The position numbers and the translations under genes were made by a program. The notes below the pieces were generated by a model that saw only the letters and a program-made list of their open reading frames with translations, made no database searches and was not told the origin of the DNA. A stretch of 64,000 nt of DNA from positions 220,844,001 through 220,908,000 of the forward strand of contig OZ024742.1 of NCBI GenBank assembly GCA_964016885.1. Direction: 5' to 3'. The stretch comes from Eledone cirrhosa (taxonomy: Eukaryota). Positions 38,601 through 52,410 of the stretch are shown here, piece after piece. Within the stretch, counting starts at the first letter, position 1. Every line of letters begins with the position of its first letter.

Positions 38601-39951
38601 AGAACAACTGCTTCAGCAGGGCAGTTTCCGCTACCGACCCCTCCGTTAGGTCCTTCAATCGCCTTAGGAGGTTCGATGGGGTGCCATCCCCTATATGCTA
38701 CAGATGGACCAAAGCCCTAAACCTTTTTTCTGCAGACTGTTCTGTCCGGCTGAGTATTTCAGCCTTCAGAGACGTGTACGTCGAGTCTGTGGGTGTCTCT
38801 AATACCAGGTCCTTAATCGCTGGGAGAATTGCCGGCGGAATTGCACTAAGGACCAGAGGACGTTGTAGTGCCTCGTCAACTCTGTTGGCCTCGAAATATG
38901 CTTCGAGTTGGGCAAACCATAGCCTTACGTCGCCCGTGTACGTTGGCAGAACAGAGTGAGAAGCCATTGGTATACCGTAGGTAATTTACCAAGAACAAAA
39001 AAAAATAATAATCGTCTCCGTTTGGAAAAATGTCTCCAACACAACAGAAAAGGAAAACAAAATCGCTTATTTTTCTCTGTCAAACCACTTGACCGGAAAA
39101 ATAATGCATCCGGGACAATATGCAAAGAAGCGACTAACTGAATGATGTTATTACTAAGGTAAAGGCAAGGAACTTAAAACAAAATCCAACATGGCGGACT
39201 ATTTCGCGCCAAAAACACTAATGATGGAGAAGAAAGCCTCCATCTTGTCATCCTCAAAGTTTTTAGCCAGAGAAGAGCAGAAAAGGAGAGAAAAAAAAAG
39301 GCAAAAACATTCATACAATTGCTGTTTGTTTGTGTGTCAATAACTGTAGGTGTTCGTTTTGTATTAAATTTTTTTTTCTTTTTTCTTCTCTTTTTTTTTT
39401 TATATACATCTTATACTATTTCCCATTTTTTATTTTTTTAAATCACGTCGGGGGTCGCCACTTTAGGAGAATAGTATCGGTGTACATATATGCATTATCA
39501 GAAATGACAATAAATGCCGGTGTGTGTTGTGACAAGGTTTTTACTTCACAGAAGTCAAATGGATTAATATAAATAAATGGTTACCCGTTGGTCACAACGC
39601 CTAGGCTGAAGTGTGTCGAGAAGAACAGAGATCTTCTCTTGGAGGTGTTAACATCTTCTTAGGCTGCTGGTGGCATTCTTCTTTAGTGGCGAAGGAAATG
39701 GGGGAGGAATTCTTCTTCTTGATGGCGAAGGAAATGAGAAGGAATCATCTCATGACAAGGTCGCAGGTGTTGTTAACACTTTGGGATTCAAGAGGCGAGA
39801 GAGTGAGATCGCTCTGACCTGTCCCTTTTATAGGGTCCGACCGAAAGGGACAAAAAGGGTTCTGCCACCCCAACGGGAACTAACTCCAGTTACTTCCTGT
39901 CTAGAGAGCGGTGATGTGATTGTCATGACAAGGGAGGCAACTCTTGCTACA
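35630..39951 (-). mobile_element. Gypsy/Ty3 LTR retrotransposon, 3'-truncated, frameshifted
   Basis: 5' LTR 39462-39951, PBS, gag (VRLWFAQLEAYF; CWYH...C..PC), protease FLVDTGA, RT ([10 protein letters not shown]...YIDDIL), RNase H (DASD...FTDHKPL), integrase (HHCC; [17 protein letters not shown]). Confidence 0.95.
39443..39460 (-). promoter_or_regulatory. Primer-binding site, tRNA-Trp-like
   Basis: TGGCGACCCCCGACGTGA(TT), 1 nt after the LTR; resembles the complement of the tRNA-Trp 3' end (AATCACGTCGGGGTCACCA). Confidence 0.75.
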
Positions 39952-40848
39952 CTGTTTTCGTAATTCATCAATGCCTATTGCTTTAGCCCTTTCTTTTCCT
40001 TTATTTATTAGTAATGGTGGGTACTGTCTTTCGAGTAGAATTTCCTTTAATTCTTTAATTCTTTTATTTCGCGTTTCATAATTGGATGTTCGTCTTCGTG
40101 TGCTTTGGATGGTTGGAGGTGAATAGTAGGTATTGTTTGGAATCTGTTGGTTTCTAGTGTATGTCAGTTTCAACATTTGTGTCTTTTTTAAAGATTAAGA
40201 TGTCCAGAAATTGGAGTTGATCTTGGCTGTATTCCATTGTGAATTGGATGTGGTTATTGATGCCGTTAATTAAATTTTTGAAATCATTTAGTTGGTCGAG
40301 TGTGTGAGACCAAAGAATGAGACAATCATCCAAGTAGCGTTTCCAATTCTCTGATAAATATTTGTGGAAGTTCAATCCGTATTTTGATTTGGACTGTTCA
40401 TATATCTGGACTTCCAAGTATGCCATGACTAAGTTGGCATAAGTTGGAGCGGCTTTTGTACCCATCGCAGTCCCCGATATTTGCTTGTAAGTACTGTCAT
40501 GGAAATCAAAAAAGTTGTTTTGTAAAATAAATTTTAATCCCTCGGTGATGAAGCTTTTTTCTATTCTGTCAGGTATCTCATTGGGATATTTCTCTAGCCA
40601 GAATCCTATTGCTTCTAGTCCGTATTGGTGTGGGATCGTTGTGTAGAGATTCACTACATCGAAAGACACAATAATAGTGTCGTTGTTGACATATTTGGTG
40701 AGGTGGTTTAAGAGGTCCAGATCGTCTCTTATAAGGCTTGGTATGTGTTTGAGAATTGGTTTTAGTAGTATGTCTATAAAGTTGCTTAGTCAGTGTGTTT
40801 CACATTGTGGGCCCGTTACAATTGATCTTAATTTAAGGTCTGTGGAAT
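39952..40848 (-). mobile_element. Penelope RT fragment (duplicate), intact YLDD
   Basis: ORF 40154-40669 has KRYLDDCL, versus YLDE in copy A. Confidence 0.9.
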
Positions 40849-42938
40849 TGCAGTAGAACGCTTCGAGGAGATCAGAGAACAAGTCTGGCATATTTATGTA
40901 AAGCTCATAGGGCAGACCATCCAAACCGAGTATCTCGCGCCTCACTCTTCCATCAAATACCATGCAACATAGGCGGCTATGTACGGTATCATACAGTACA
41001 ATTAGCACGAAAGCACGCGGAGTTGAGCAGGCTTCCGAGTCCCAGATCAAAAAGGCTTTGGGACATGTGTGGGCTCAGAAAATTCACATCATACGTGGAC
41101 GAAGATATGGGGCCGTGGTTGTACTCTTTGGAACCACACAGAAAGCCAGGGAGAACTCCATGGCTCCACTAAAGAGCGACAAGCTCACACTAATCCCAAG
41201 TAACGGCTGACACAGGCTCGTGAGAGGGAGGGTAACCCAGGTTCCGCCGGCCATAGATATTTTCCCTCGCTGATGGCTGACGTCCTCGCCGACATCGAGA
41301 ACGACACAAATGTCATCGAAGTCATAAGAATAAAACAAGAGAACTGGTCCGGATCAGGAATGGAGCTCCTGATCCAAGCAGACCAGAAAAACATCCAGGA
41401 GATTCCAGAGGTGATAGACGTTGATGACAGCAGCCATCTCGTCGAGAGTAGAAGGCCAAGGTGTGTCGTTTGTAGCGATGGAACCCACCTAAAGACCTTC
41501 TACCCTCAGGGGATGGCCAAAACATTAAGGCCACCTCGCCTATCTACCCCACTGGCTCAACCAGCTAAGACAGCAGCAGCAACGGCTGCAGCACCTGTAG
41601 CAGGTACGTTAGCAAGACCACCACCTCCACCCACCACGCCAGAAGTACCACTAGCGCCACTACCATCCACCAGGCCACAAACAACACCAACGCCTGTGGA
41701 GGACATTCCACTAGCCGATCTCTCACAATTGGAGACGGTTTGTCGGGGAGGAGGTGTGGAAAATGTTATCTGTAAAAAAAAAACCAGAAAAGAAAGAACC
41801 CTCTTCCTTAATACTAAAATCAAAATAGAGGGCGAAACATTTAAAACAAAAAAAAATCAAGAAAGTTAAGACAGCGACACCAACACACACACCAGCCCCA
41901 TCACCACAAACACCAACACCATCACCATCATCAATCCCAACTCCACCATCACCAACACAAGAAAAAACACCAACAAGCGAAACAAAAACAAACCCATACG
42001 CGCAACTACAACAAACGCAAACACAACAAAACGACTAAACTGAAACACACTACACAGCATTAAACATGAACAATAAACAATTATTGCACTACATCCAACA
42101 TAACACCACCATCACAGAGAAAAACTACACAACACCCCCAAAATTCACACCCATACAATTCACACACATACAAATCACACGTATCTCACAGAAAGCATAG
42201 ACAACCCTAAAAGAAAAATTCCTCTAAGAGATCGGAGATTTCCGGCTAACATTTTCTAAGAGGAAACTCCACCTTTGCGTTCTATAGGGGGTTAGTGGAG
42301 GGTAAGAACGACGGCGTCCTTGGGGAAACTCTGAGTGTTGACGAAAGCCAACTAGCTATTCTCTTCGGAAGGACTTTCGGTTCAGGGCCAATGGATAACT
42401 TCCAGAAGTTCCTGGCCTGGCAGTGTTACCGTGGAGCCTTGCCAGTTCGAGATAAATTTTACAGACATGGAATTGCCGTCAGCCGTACCTGTCCGAGATA
42501 TGCGTCGAGCGACGAGACCGTCCTGCACGCACTTGTCCAGTGTCCGCGCATCACTGACTTGTGGGTTTATGTCGAATATCTGCTGTTGCGTGTGGGACGG
42601 ATCCGGCTATCAGCTGAGTCTATCGTGAAGATTGCCCCGTCGTCCTCCTTTAACCAGGAGGGGCAGGCAGTTTTTATCTGCCTGGTGGCCATGGTAAAAG
42701 AGGTCGTATGGTTGAATGCAGGCACTTTCCTCTTCGGTGACGCCCTCATTAACTTTTTCAGGTTTCACCTGAAAAGGAAAACCAGGGTGGAGAGGGAAGT
42801 GCTGCTTTCCAGCCAGTTTGCTGAAAGGTGGGTGAGAGAGGCAAGAATGGCCCGTGTGAATGGTCCGGCCCTGAGCGTGTGTCTGTAGTATCGTAGGAGG
42901 AAAGCTGGGAGAGGGCGTTTGCCCTAGTGGTCAGAGTG
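40848..42938 (+). mobile_element. Rearranged Tx1 LINE (duplicate of 25655-27745)
   Basis: Same structure at offset 15193. Confidence 0.85.
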
Positions 42939-43667
42939 ATGATGATGACACAAACACATATATATATACAAACACACATATATATATATACATACAGACT
43001 CACATATATATACACACATATACACACCCACACATATATATATAAAAGAAAATAATCACACACGCAATACTAATTAACACCATATCACTATAGAGACCTG
43101 TTGTAAATAAACAAACTGTATAGTAAATTTCAATGTAAAAAAAAACAAAAAACATTCACTTGTCAGAAAAATGACTTTCACTTTCTCGAACGTTATAATT
43201 AACCTATGCCAACTGAAAGTATCATTTCAGTCATCAATTCGGTTGTTTATTTCAAGAGTTTACAGGTTTACCCGTGGTCCACCCCTGCCTCATTCGTTAC
43301 TTAAAAAGGAAATATACATACACCATGCAAACGAACGGCTGCAGATAATTATTGAGCGATATAGTCCCGAAAATAAGATTGATTTTTTAACGAGCAATAG
43401 CTCATAACCTTCATCATTATTGAAGCTTTGAGTAATATTTTTATGTTTTACTGTGCTTCAACGGTTTTTTTTTCTAATATAAGTATTGAAATTGACTGGT
43501 AGTTAAATTACCGGAGGTCAAATTACCGGGAGGGAAATTACCAGTAGTCAAATTACCTAGAACCATGATATATATATATCTGTCTTTCATACAGTCTCTC
43601 TCTCTCAACATTTTATATGGGGAAAATAGTTTTGGTTTACGAACATTTCGGATGACAAACGGCCTTC

Positions 43668-43771
<104 letters not shown>

Positions 43772-44306
43772 AGCTATCTGTATATTTCATTTAATTAATT
43801 TTTAGGATGAATTTGGTAGTTGTAAAACGGAGTAGAAAGAAAAAGAACAGCTCATGTAAGGTTGTAGAAATGAGCTTTGGGTTTGGAAGGGTTACTATCT
43901 CTGGCCAGTTTCTGGTAGAACCACTGATGATTAAGTTGACGAAAGGATCTAGTATAGATTCGGGCGTTAAACAACTACCGGCCCCACTTTGTCAACTAGC
44001 TTAAGGACAATGTTACATCGATGGCGAAACAACAAATGACTCACCCTTGTCAACCAGCTTAAGGAGAATGTTACATCGATGACGAAACTGACAAAATACA
44101 ATGAAGGGCAATTGAAAAACATTAACGCGCTCTGTCGCTCCCGGAAATCGGAAGAACGTTTACAATTAGTTCTTAGGCGCCTTGTGAACAATGATCTCAA
44201 CCTGTTTTCCCAATTGAACTTTTTCTACAACGATTTGAACCAATCGAATGAACTTAGAAAACAAAAGTGGAACTATTTCACTGTTATTGAAGTCTGTTAT
44301 ATCCGC

Positions 44307-44312
44307 TATAAA
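44307..44312 (+). promoter_or_regulatory. Candidate TATA box
   Basis: cgcTATAAAgagg, ~70 bp upstream of the signal-peptide ATG. Confidence 0.5.
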
Positions 44313-44379
44313 GAGGATAAATATGAATATTTTGCGTTAATACTTCATTCGTTAGAATTGCTTGTAAATATCAACTACA

Positions 44380-44607
44380 ATGAAGTGGTTTATCATAGCT
44401 TGCATATTTTTACCGTTACTCTGTAGGAGTCAAGCAACAGATGACATAATGACTGAAGGAAAAGTTGGTGACGATATTGTTAAACAAGTCTTACACTTTC
44501 TGGAACCATATATTATACCCTTTCACAGTAAATATCTCCAAGCATTAGCAGTGATTCGAAGCAATAATGGTGTTCCATATGTAGCCAATATTGGAGGTAT
44601 ATGGAGG
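44380..44607 (+). CDS. Exon 1 of secreted chitin-binding protein (signal peptide + start of N-terminal domain)
   Basis: acaATG, MKWFIIACIFLPLLCRSQA signal peptide, ends GGIWR|gtaagt (phase 0). Confidence 0.85.
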
Positions 44608-44837
44608 GTAAGTATTTTTAATTAACGTAATGAACCCACAGGAATGGTACTTTATATATTAGGTACTTTACAATTATATTGATAATAATTTGATGTTCAG
44701 AGAACTTATTGAGCCCAAGATATATTCATTTCTAAAATATACACTCTCGACTACACACATTTGCAAATCTGCAAAAATATTAATAATTTTTATTTCATTA
44801 TGCATTTTTCCTAATGTTCTATTTTCTCATATTCTAG

Positions 44838-45099
44838 GTTAACGTTTCTCAACTGTCTGACGCAATGACTGCTTGCCAAACATCCTTGTTCAACCAATGC
44901 AGTATTAGTAAAGAATTGACAGGCGAAGATTTCTCTACATTTGATATCTCTGATCTTGATAAACCCCTATACTCAGCTCTTGCGATGATTTTCTACGTTT
45001 TATCTCTTCAAGTTAAAGATTATTCAAAATATTGTAAATTGTTCATCCAACCCCCTGGAGCATCCACTGAACCTTTCAAGCTATTTAATCAACGATTCA
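44838..45099 (+). CDS. Exon 2 (rest of the lysozyme-like N-terminal domain)
   Basis: ttttctcatattctag| phase 0, in frame; VNVSQLSDAM...DLDKPLYSALAMIFY...NQRF; A|gtgagt donor, phase 1. Confidence 0.85.
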
Positions 45100-45479
45100 G
45101 TGAGTAATATTTCTTCCTTTTATTTTTCTTCCATATTTCTTTAAGCTAGCATTATCACTTTTGATACAGTTGATCTTTCACCGGTATGAGGAATGTCAAT
45201 TGATACTTACCTGGATGGGGGGGGGGGGGGGGGGGGTTATTTTGAATGCTATCCAAATTTGCTGTTGTTGTGGTGGTGGTGGTGGTTTCCTCTCTGTTGC
45301 TGTTGTTTCTGATAATGATGACGATGATGATGATGACAACGACGACGAAGACGATGATGATGATGATGATGATTATATGACTGTTTTCTCAGATAAGATG
45401 TTGAAAATCAGGATATTTTGTGATAGCGGACCACAACCAGTGGCTTTAGGTATCACTAAATTTGTCTCCATCAATTGTT

Positions 45480-45690
45480 CATAACTTTCTTGATGATTCG
45501 CGTTGTTCTCAAAAGGTAAACTTTCTGTAGTAATGTTACAAGGGCACTCAATTTCTTTTTCCTTTATCAAATGACTAAATTTATGAGTTACTCTTCCCAA
45601 TGCACCTGTCACTACTGGTATGACTAACCGTTTTTAATTTCCTCAACCGTGCCACCTCGTATTTTACTTGAGTGGTCATTTGTCTCCTTT
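45480..45690 (-). mobile_element. Decayed 3' end of an R4/Dong-like RLE element in the intron
   Basis: VIPVVTGALGRVT resembles VIPIVIGALGTIS in the 53396-56539 ORF. Confidence 0.45.
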
Positions 45691-45724
45691 AATTCTTTTT
45701 TTTTTTACGGACTCCCGCGGGAAC

Positions 45725-47404
45725 CGTGTCAGCATATGCAGATGACGTCACCGTAGTGGTGTCAAACGTCAAACACATGGAGGCGATCGGCACCAGACTA
45801 ATAGAATACGAGGCGGTGACAGGAGCAATGATCAACCAGGAAAAGTCGGTGGGCCTGCAACACGGCACCTGGAGAGGGAAGTCCATGCCGTCCAACAGCG
45901 TCGTCGGAGGCTGGACGGACAGACTGGTTAAATTGCTAGGGGTCTGGTTCGGTCGGGACCTCCAGACAGACAAAACTGTGACGAGGTGACGAGCAGGGTG
46001 GCTTCTCTCGCCCAGAAATGGGCGGAGAGGAAGCTATCCCTGAAAGGTCGAGCGGAGGTGGCGAACGCGTACATCGCGTTCGTCATCTACTACTACCTGA
46101 CCGTCGTACCTTGTCCTAAGCCTCGCCTGACTGTGCTGGAGCGTTTGCATTTTTCGCTTTTTGTGGAAGGGACGTGCTCCGATGGTCAGGCGGTTTATTT
46201 GCTATCAACACCCGCTACGCGGTGGGCTGGGCAAGCCGTGGCTGATGATGCGCAGACATGCGCTTAGGCTACGGCATCTCCTCCTCTTCCTCGACGGTGA
46301 TCAGGTGTGGTTGCCCTTTGATAGACGCGTGTTTCTCCCGCTCGTCTCCTTGGCTGCAGTCCTGGGCCAAGCGTAAACCGAGAGGAAGCGCTTGGAGACT
46401 GAAATGTCTTCTGGCGCTTACAGCCCTCGACCAGTCGGGAAATACCATCGGTGGAAACTCCACCTTGGCGTTCTGTAGAGGGTTAGTGGAGGGGAAGAGC
46501 GACGACGTCCTTGAGGAGACTCTGGGCGTCAACGAAAACCAACTAGCCAATTTCTTCGGGAGAACTTTTGGGCCGAGGCCCATGGACAACTTCCAGAAGG
46601 CCCTGGCATGGTAGTGCTACCGAGGAGCCTTGCCAGTTCGGGATAAACTCTACAGGCATGAAAGTGCCGTCAACCGGGCTTGTCCGGGATGCGCGCAGGG
46701 CGATGAAACCGTCCTGCACGCACTCGTCCAGTGTCTGAGCATTGCTGACTTGTGGGTTTATGTCGAACACCTTCTGTCGCGTGAAGAACGGATCCGGCTA
46801 TCAGCTGAGTTCATCGTGAGAATTGCCACGCCGCCTTCCTTTAGCCGGGAAGGGCAGGCAGTTTTTATCTGCCTGGTGGCCATGGTAAAAGAGATCGTAT
46901 GGTGGGCACGGCTGAAAGGGATGAAGACGAGCACTTACCTCTTCGGTGACGCCCTCATTAACTTTTTCAGGTTTCACCTGAAAAGGAAAGTCAGGGTGGA
47001 GAGGGACGTGCTGCTTTCCAGGCAGTTTGTTGAAAGATGGGTAAGACAAGCAAGAATGCCCCGTGTGAATGGGCCTACCCTGAACGTGTGCCTGTAGCAT
47101 ACATAGTGGGAGGAAAACTGGAAGAGGGCACTTGCCCTAGCGGTCAGTGTAACCGTGGCTTTTTTTGTGGGCTTTCTCCAAGAGCGACACTTGGAAGTTT
47201 CTCCCCTATTGGGGAATTTTTCATTGTTTCCTATTTTTAGTTATATCCTCTATTTTTTTTTTTTTTTTTTTACACGCAGAAATGCCTATTTGTACCGTCC
47301 TGTACCATCCTGTATTGTCCTTAATGTTATACTTTGTGTCAACCCTTGCGGTTAATAAAGAAAGCATTATTATTATTATTATTATTAATATTATTATTAT
47401 TATT
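45725..47404 (+). mobile_element. 5'-truncated Tx1 LINE in the intron, with (ATT)n tail
   Basis: SAYADDVTV RT motif through to the C-terminus; highly similar to 62225-63860; several frameshifts. Confidence 0.92.
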
Positions 47405-47408
47405 ACAG

Positions 47409-49075
47409 CAAGAAGATTCTACTTCGCTCATCCTGACCCTGGAAAGTTCATTCAATGTTCAGAGTGGGGTACATACTATGTGATGCCATGTGCACCAGGT
47501 ACAATTTGGTCACAGAGTGCCTATACCTGTGTTAGAGACAATGGAAGGCCGGTGACTAAGGATACATCAGAAACAAGCAAAGTAACAAAGCCCACAGTAA
47601 CACAGTGCACTTTTCTTAAAAATAACCCATGTACTAAAGAGAATATTAAAGCTGGCAAGTTCTATTTCGCTCATCCTCATCCTACAAAGTTTATTCAATG
47701 TACGGAGTGGGGTACATACTACGTTATGCCCTGTGCACCCGGTACAGTTTGGTCACAAAATGTATATACTTGCGTGAGAATCAATGGAAATACGATGACT
47801 GAAACTACGACAGAAAAAACTCCACAAGTCATTCAAACAACTATGTCTACACGTATTAAAAATAACCCATGTACTAAAGACAATATTGAAGCTGGCAAGT
47901 TCTATTTCGTTCATCCTGATCCTACAAAGTTCATTCAATGTACGGAGTGGGGTACATACTACGTTATGCCCTGTGCACCCGGTACAGTTTGGTCACAAAA
48001 TGTATATACTTGCGTGAGAAGCAATGGAAATACGATGACTGAAACTACGACAGAAAAAACTCCACAAGTCATTCAAACAACTATGTCTACACGTATTAAA
48101 AATAACCCATGTACTAAAGACAATATTGAAGCTGGCAAGTTCTATTTCGTTCATCCTGATCCTACAAAGTTCATTCAATGTACGGAGTGGGGTACATACT
48201 ACGTTATGCCCTGTGCACCCGGTACAGTTTGGTCACAAAATGTATATACTTGCGTGAGAAGCAATGGAAATACGATGACTGAAACTACGACAGAAAAAAC
48301 TCCACAAGTCATTCAAACAACTATGTCTACACGTATTAAAAATAACCCATGTACTAAAGACAATATTGAAGCTGGCAAGTTCTATTTCGTTCATCCTGAT
48401 CCTACAAAGTTCATTCAATGTACGGAGTGGGGTACATACTACGTTATGCCCTGTGCACCCGGTACAGTTTGGTCACAAAATGTATATACTTGCGTGAGAA
48501 GCAATGGAAATACGATGACTGAAACTACGACAGAAAAAACTCCACAAGTCATTCAAACAACTATGTCTACACGTATTAAAAATAACCCATGTACTAAAGA
48601 CAATATTGAAGCTGGCAAGTTCTATTTCGTTCATCCTGATCCTACAAAGTTCATTCAATGTACGGAGTGGGGTACATACTACGTTATGCCCTGTGCACCC
48701 GGTACAGTTTGGTCACAAAATGTATATACTTGCGTGAGAAGCAATGGAAATACGATGACTGAAACTACGACAGAAAAAACTCCACAAGTCATTCAAACAA
48801 CTATGTCTACACGTATTAAAAATGACCCATGTACTAAAGACAATATTGAAGCTGGCAAGTTCTATTTCGTTCATCCTGATCCTACAAAGTTCATTCAGTG
48901 TACGGAGTGGGGTACATACTACGTTATGCCCTGTGCACCCGGTACAATTTGGTCACATACAGATTATACATGTATTTATAATTTCGTAGAATGCAACAGC
49001 AGACAAATAACTACAGCGCCGTCCAGAACTTTCCCTGCAACATTTAAATGGATTACGAGAGGTGAACTTTCATAA
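47409..49075 (+). CDS. Terminal exon: 7 chitin-binding modules (first partial) with Thr-rich linkers, 240-bp units
   Basis: tattacag| phase 1, compatible with exon 2. NNPCTKDNIEAGKFYFVHPDPTKFIQCTEWGTYYVMPCAPGTVWSQNVYTCV repeats with TMTETTTEKT linkers. Confidence 0.85.
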
Positions 49076-49924
49076 AAATATATTCCGACGTCTATCAAGA
49101 CAATGATTTTTGGAGTTTTTTGTTGGCTTGTTTATATGAAACACACGAACAAATGCCATTTAGGAATTAAAAAAAATATATAACTTCGGTTCATTCATTT
49201 CATTTATTTTTTATCTACACATATTTGTTTTGTATTGTTCATTATAACCGAGAGAATATAATATATCCATAAGAATTATTTATTATAAACAAGACATTTA
49301 TTACCGTTGTTATTTTCATAGCTATTGCTCGCCATTTGAGTTTGCATGAAAATGATGACTGTGTTGAAAGTTTTATGATACCAACAAAATATATTTCAAG
49401 ATGCTTACATAAAGGGATTATACTAAGATCAAGAAAATAATATATTGTATATAATCAATTGTTGTAAATAAATAATATATTTATACATAATTTCTGCCGA
49501 GTTGTTTGTTTTGTTAAATAATTTGTTAAAAGATGTATTTATTTCCATATTTAACTGTTGGTCAATCAATGATAAACATTGATTGCCAGCTAAATTATTT
49601 ATAGAAATATAAAAATATACTGAAGCGAAAACCAACCAAACAGTGAGTGTGTATTACTATACTAGGATTTGTTCAACACGCTGACGCGTATGTGTGAGCA
49701 TGTGTGTATGTGCATATGCATAAATTTATATGTATGAGTGTATAAATATAAACGCGCAAACACAAACACACTTACAAAAATACACACTCACAGACATACA
49801 TTCACACAAACACACACATACATTTTCACAAACACACACATACACATACATTCACACACAGCGTAGCAAATCGAACGCCAGATATTTTTTCACATTCCCT
49901 TTCCTTCCTTTTACATACACATAG

Positions 49925-49955
<31 letters not shown>

Positions 49956-52410
49956 TTGCGGGGCGGACGGAAGGAAGTTGCTTAAATTTATATATAGATT
50001 TTTCTGCTAATATTAGGACAAGCTGAGCCTCCCCAACTATAACATTATTAAAAGATGTTCTCTTGTTTTCCTTATATAATTTTACTAATTTAGTTATATT
50101 TAATCTTAGTAAATCATAAAAACCTAGAAGCAATTTTATTAAAAGCCGGAAGGAGAAAATGTTTTTGTGTTGGCACATAGCCTGTTTATGAGGAAAACCT
50201 GTTGTTAACAAAATATTTATCGAAGATATCTGTCAGTGTCTTCCTCGTCTTCTTCTTCTCCTCCTCCTCCTTCCTCTTCTTTGACCACTTATTCCTGAGA
50301 GGGTCGTAGAGGGCAGAGTCCTCAAGCACACCTTCCAGCGAGTACTGTCAGAAGCAACCGTCTCCAACAGATTTGGCTGGATCGCTAAGCGGGACCAGCC
50401 AAGCTCATGGATGTTATCCAACCATCTTGCTCAGGATCTACCCCTGGGTTTCCTACCGATTGGTTTTGCCCGTAAAATCTGTCCAAAGCTTCTTTCCATA
50501 GGCACTCAAACCACATGTCTGTAATAGCGAAGCTGTGATCTCTCAATTCGCAGAAGTAGCAGCTCTACCTGGAGTGACTCTCTGATCTCCGAACTACGCA
50601 CTTTATCGAGTAAGGTTAAAGACCCTTCAGAGGAACCACATTTCTGTCGCTTGTATTCGCGATCGTATTTTTCGGTCATTACCCAAGATTCATGACCATA
50701 GGTAAGAGTTGGCAACATACTGAACTGAAGATGCGAGTTATTTGAACTTCTTTACCTGCTTCAGTTGAACTCCTCTCACATGTAGATTTAATCCTACTAC
50801 GTGTTACCTTAGTGAAATTGGTTATACTGTAACTGAGTAGAAGTTCGTCGGAGTGACCATACTTCTTCTTGGGTGTTAGGTAAACTTAATATGTCGCCCG
50901 GCTTGGATGTCTTTAACAAAGTACATTTGTTGCAAACATTTGAGTCAGGTCTCCGGTCTGAAAATAACTCCGCCCCTTCTTCCTACCGATTGCGGCTATC
51001 CTGAAAAAGATTATGGGTGTTGCCCATTCTCCTCTTAACAATTGATAAAAAAAAAAGCTAGATAATGAAATCTTGTCGAATTCTCTAAAATACGAGATAT
51101 TACTTCTTTTTCTACGGTGCGAAATCAATTTAGTATATTACAGATTTCTATTTTGAGATTTTTATACAAGGGAGCTATGAATGGATAATTTGAACTTGGG
51201 TTTGCATTACTTGAAATTAAAAGTATGTAGGTAGATAGTTAAATTAACTAGTTGGTTTGGCGTTCTGCAGTTTCTATTAATTGCTCAAACAAAAACGTGG
51301 GCAAATTATTTATCATCATCGTCATCATTGCGACCACAGTCGAACATTCCTAACAAAGTCTTTCCACAATTCACGGTTTTACATTGTTCCTGGCAACTGA
51401 TCTCTACTGAAGTTTGTGTCGTCTGAGAGTCGATATTTATTATAGAAATACTAATATATAATAGCTAGTTAGGTGTTGACTAATTTATCTGCTTTCAGAG
51501 AAAATGGTTTTGAAATAGCATAGGAACTAATCTGCTATTATTTTCACTCTTTATATTGGCAGCGCATGTTGCTTTTAATATATAACTTGAACAATATTTC
51601 CCGGATGGTTGGCTGAACTTATGGTTCTATCAAATAGGGTTTTTTTCGTATATATAAACCAAATAAATAGAAACAAAGATTATATATGAATAGAAATAAT
51701 TAGACCTATACACATTTTGCTTTTGGTTTTTCTACATATAATTTTTTTTTTTTTTTTTTTTACACGCAGAAATGCCCATTTATACCATTTGTACCGTCTT
51801 GTGCTGTGTTTAATGTTATAGTTTATGGTTAGTAAAGAAAGCATTATTATTATTATTATTATTGATCTGTTCGGACGTCCTTTTTTGCTCGCTCCCAGTA
51901 AGTCGCTTTATGTACCTGTTATAATTATTTGTTGTTAATTTTTTCTTGTTGTGTAAGGCATATAAGCCCTGAGAAGGGGAAAGTATATTTGGGCCGTTTG
52001 GCCCAAATATTTGAACAATATTTGAACAGTTTACTTTTGAAAATAAAAACAAAAAACAAAAAAAAAACATGGCTGAGCCACGCCCCCCCCCCCCCAGCAA
52101 TATGTCTGCTGTCGTCCGACAACGGCGTAAAAGTTGAGAGGAGGGTTACAAACATTGTTCCAACAGACCCCACCACAAACAACGCGAACAAAGACAACAC
52201 TGAGAACACTAATTTTTAAAAAATTACCACACCAGCTACAACAATAACAGCGCCATCCAAAATACAGACAACAGAAAAAATGACAACAAATGCAACAACG
52301 ATATTAACACCACTAACAAGAAAATAAACAACGACAACAGCAACAGCAACAATACAAATTGCAATGAGAACGACAACAACGGTGGCACCAAAAATACAAC
52401 CAACTACAAA

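Noticed and set aside
45161-45392. Poly-Gly/poly-Asp ORF
   Set aside because: Intronic G-run and (GAT)n microsatellite.
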